A DNA stretch of 64,000 bases from an uncultured bacterium (lineage in GTDB: Bacteria > Patescibacteriota > Minisyncoccia > Minisyncoccales > RBG-13-42-11), in the NCBI GenBank assembly GCA_963790795.1, contig CAWBPO010000003.1, positions 50,855 to 114,854 of the forward strand, read 5' to 3'. Below the pieces are notes generated by a model. That model ran no database searches and was not told where the DNA came from. It saw only the letters and a list, made by a program, of their open reading frames with translations. Position numbers and translations under genes: made by a program. Positions 63,491 to 64,000 of this stretch are shown here, one piece after another (the first letter of the stretch is position 1; every line of letters starts with the position of its first letter).

Positions 63491-63949
63491 CTAAAATTCT
63501 GTATTAAAAATAGCTTTATCCCCGACCTCCAAACCAATCTTGTCTGCTGTTCCCCCGTTCAATTCTAAAACGTACTGCGCTTTTACATTGGGATTAATAA
63601 CGGGACAAGGAATAGAATTGCACGGCTGGGCATTTTTGCTTACAAAAACCACTTCCTTTTTTTCATTAATCCAAATTATATCCAAATCTATTAAAGTGTT
63701 TTTCATCCAAAAAGAAGACTCTTCTCCGTTTTCAAAAATAAAAAGCATACCTTTGTCCAAATCCAAGCTTTCTCTAAATATCAAACCTCGAGCTTGTTCT
63801 TGGGGGGTTACCGCCAATTCAACGGTAAAACAATTATCTTCAAAACAGACTTGGTTTTTATTTTTTGGACAAAAAGAAAATAAAACTATTATGAATGTTA
63901 ATAATAAAATTACAGATAAAGAAACGATAAATACTAATTTCTTTTTCAT
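63491..63949 (-). CDS. DUF192 family protein with signal/anchor sequence
   Basis: ARGLIFRESLDLDKGMLFIF, WMKNTLIDLDIIWI, VLELNGG. Confidence 0.75.
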   Translation of the reverse strand: MKKKLVFIVSLSVILLLTFIIVLFSFCPKNKNQVCFEDNCFTVELAVTPQEQARGLIFRESLDLDKGMLFIFENGEESSFWMKNTLIDLDIIWINEKKEVVFVSKNAQPCNSIPCPVINPNVKAQYVLELNGGTADKIGLEVGDKAIFNTEF

Positions 63950-63963
63950 TGAATTATCCTATC

Positions 63964-63990
63964 AAAAAACCGCCTTCTTGAGAAAGCGGC
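63964..63990 (-). terminator. terminator-like hairpin for a minus-strand gene beyond the window end
   Basis: Minus strand CCGCTTTCTCAAGAAGGCGG followed by TTTTTTGA. Homologous to the module at 62761-62803. Confidence 0.5.
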
Positions 63991-64000
63991 CGAAATCAGC

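Noticed and set aside
1-64000. Alternative genetic code (UGA or UAG reassignment, as in some CPR lineages).
   Set aside because: All recognisable genes are full length under the standard bacterial code with TAA/TAG/TGA stops. The only suspicious in-frame stop is the single TAG at 4310-4312.

Overview
This 64 kb window looks like a low-GC, small-genome bacterium. By eye it is about one third GC; I did not compute this. Its hallmarks match Candidate Phyla Radiation (Parcubacteria-like) genomes:
- There is no L30 gene between rpsE and rplO.
- There is no rplA after rplK.
- aaRS genes are compact, GatCAB is present, nucleotide reduction is anaerobic (NrdDG), and many ribosomal proteins carry lysine-rich tails.

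Nearly all genes are on the minus strand with tiny or overlapping spacers. Main content:
- The str/S10/spc/alpha ribosomal super-operon runs from rpsL to rpsI (about 30.1-54.9 kb). A non-ribosomal block is inserted between map and infA.
- secE-nusG-rplK is fused to a dTMP/one-carbon block (dcd, ThyX-like, glyA, folD, deoC).
- Also present are gyrB, pheST, gatCAB, two mreB paralogs, proS, rseP, frr, holB, and nrdDG with a small ferredoxin, YjbQ and a ferritin-like gene.

Most interesting observations:
1. An initiator tRNA-fMet(CAU) gene is interrupted in the anticodon loop by a 270-nt group I intron. It heads a three-tRNA operon (17.2-17.7 kb).
2. A roughly 120-150 nt intergenic element occurs three times (about 2.1 kb, 35.3 kb, 41.1 kb). 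It has two hairpins with compensatory changes, and I cannot assign it to any RNA or mobile-element family.
3. Secondary items are a long tandem ThyX-like protein, RpoA without an alpha-CTD, an orphan Cas4-like nuclease attached to the ribosomal operon, a GC-rich Nudix-like single-gene island, and a small gatB-downstream ORF with an in-frame TAG.

All calls come from reading the sequence and remembered family motifs. No searches or folding programs were run.
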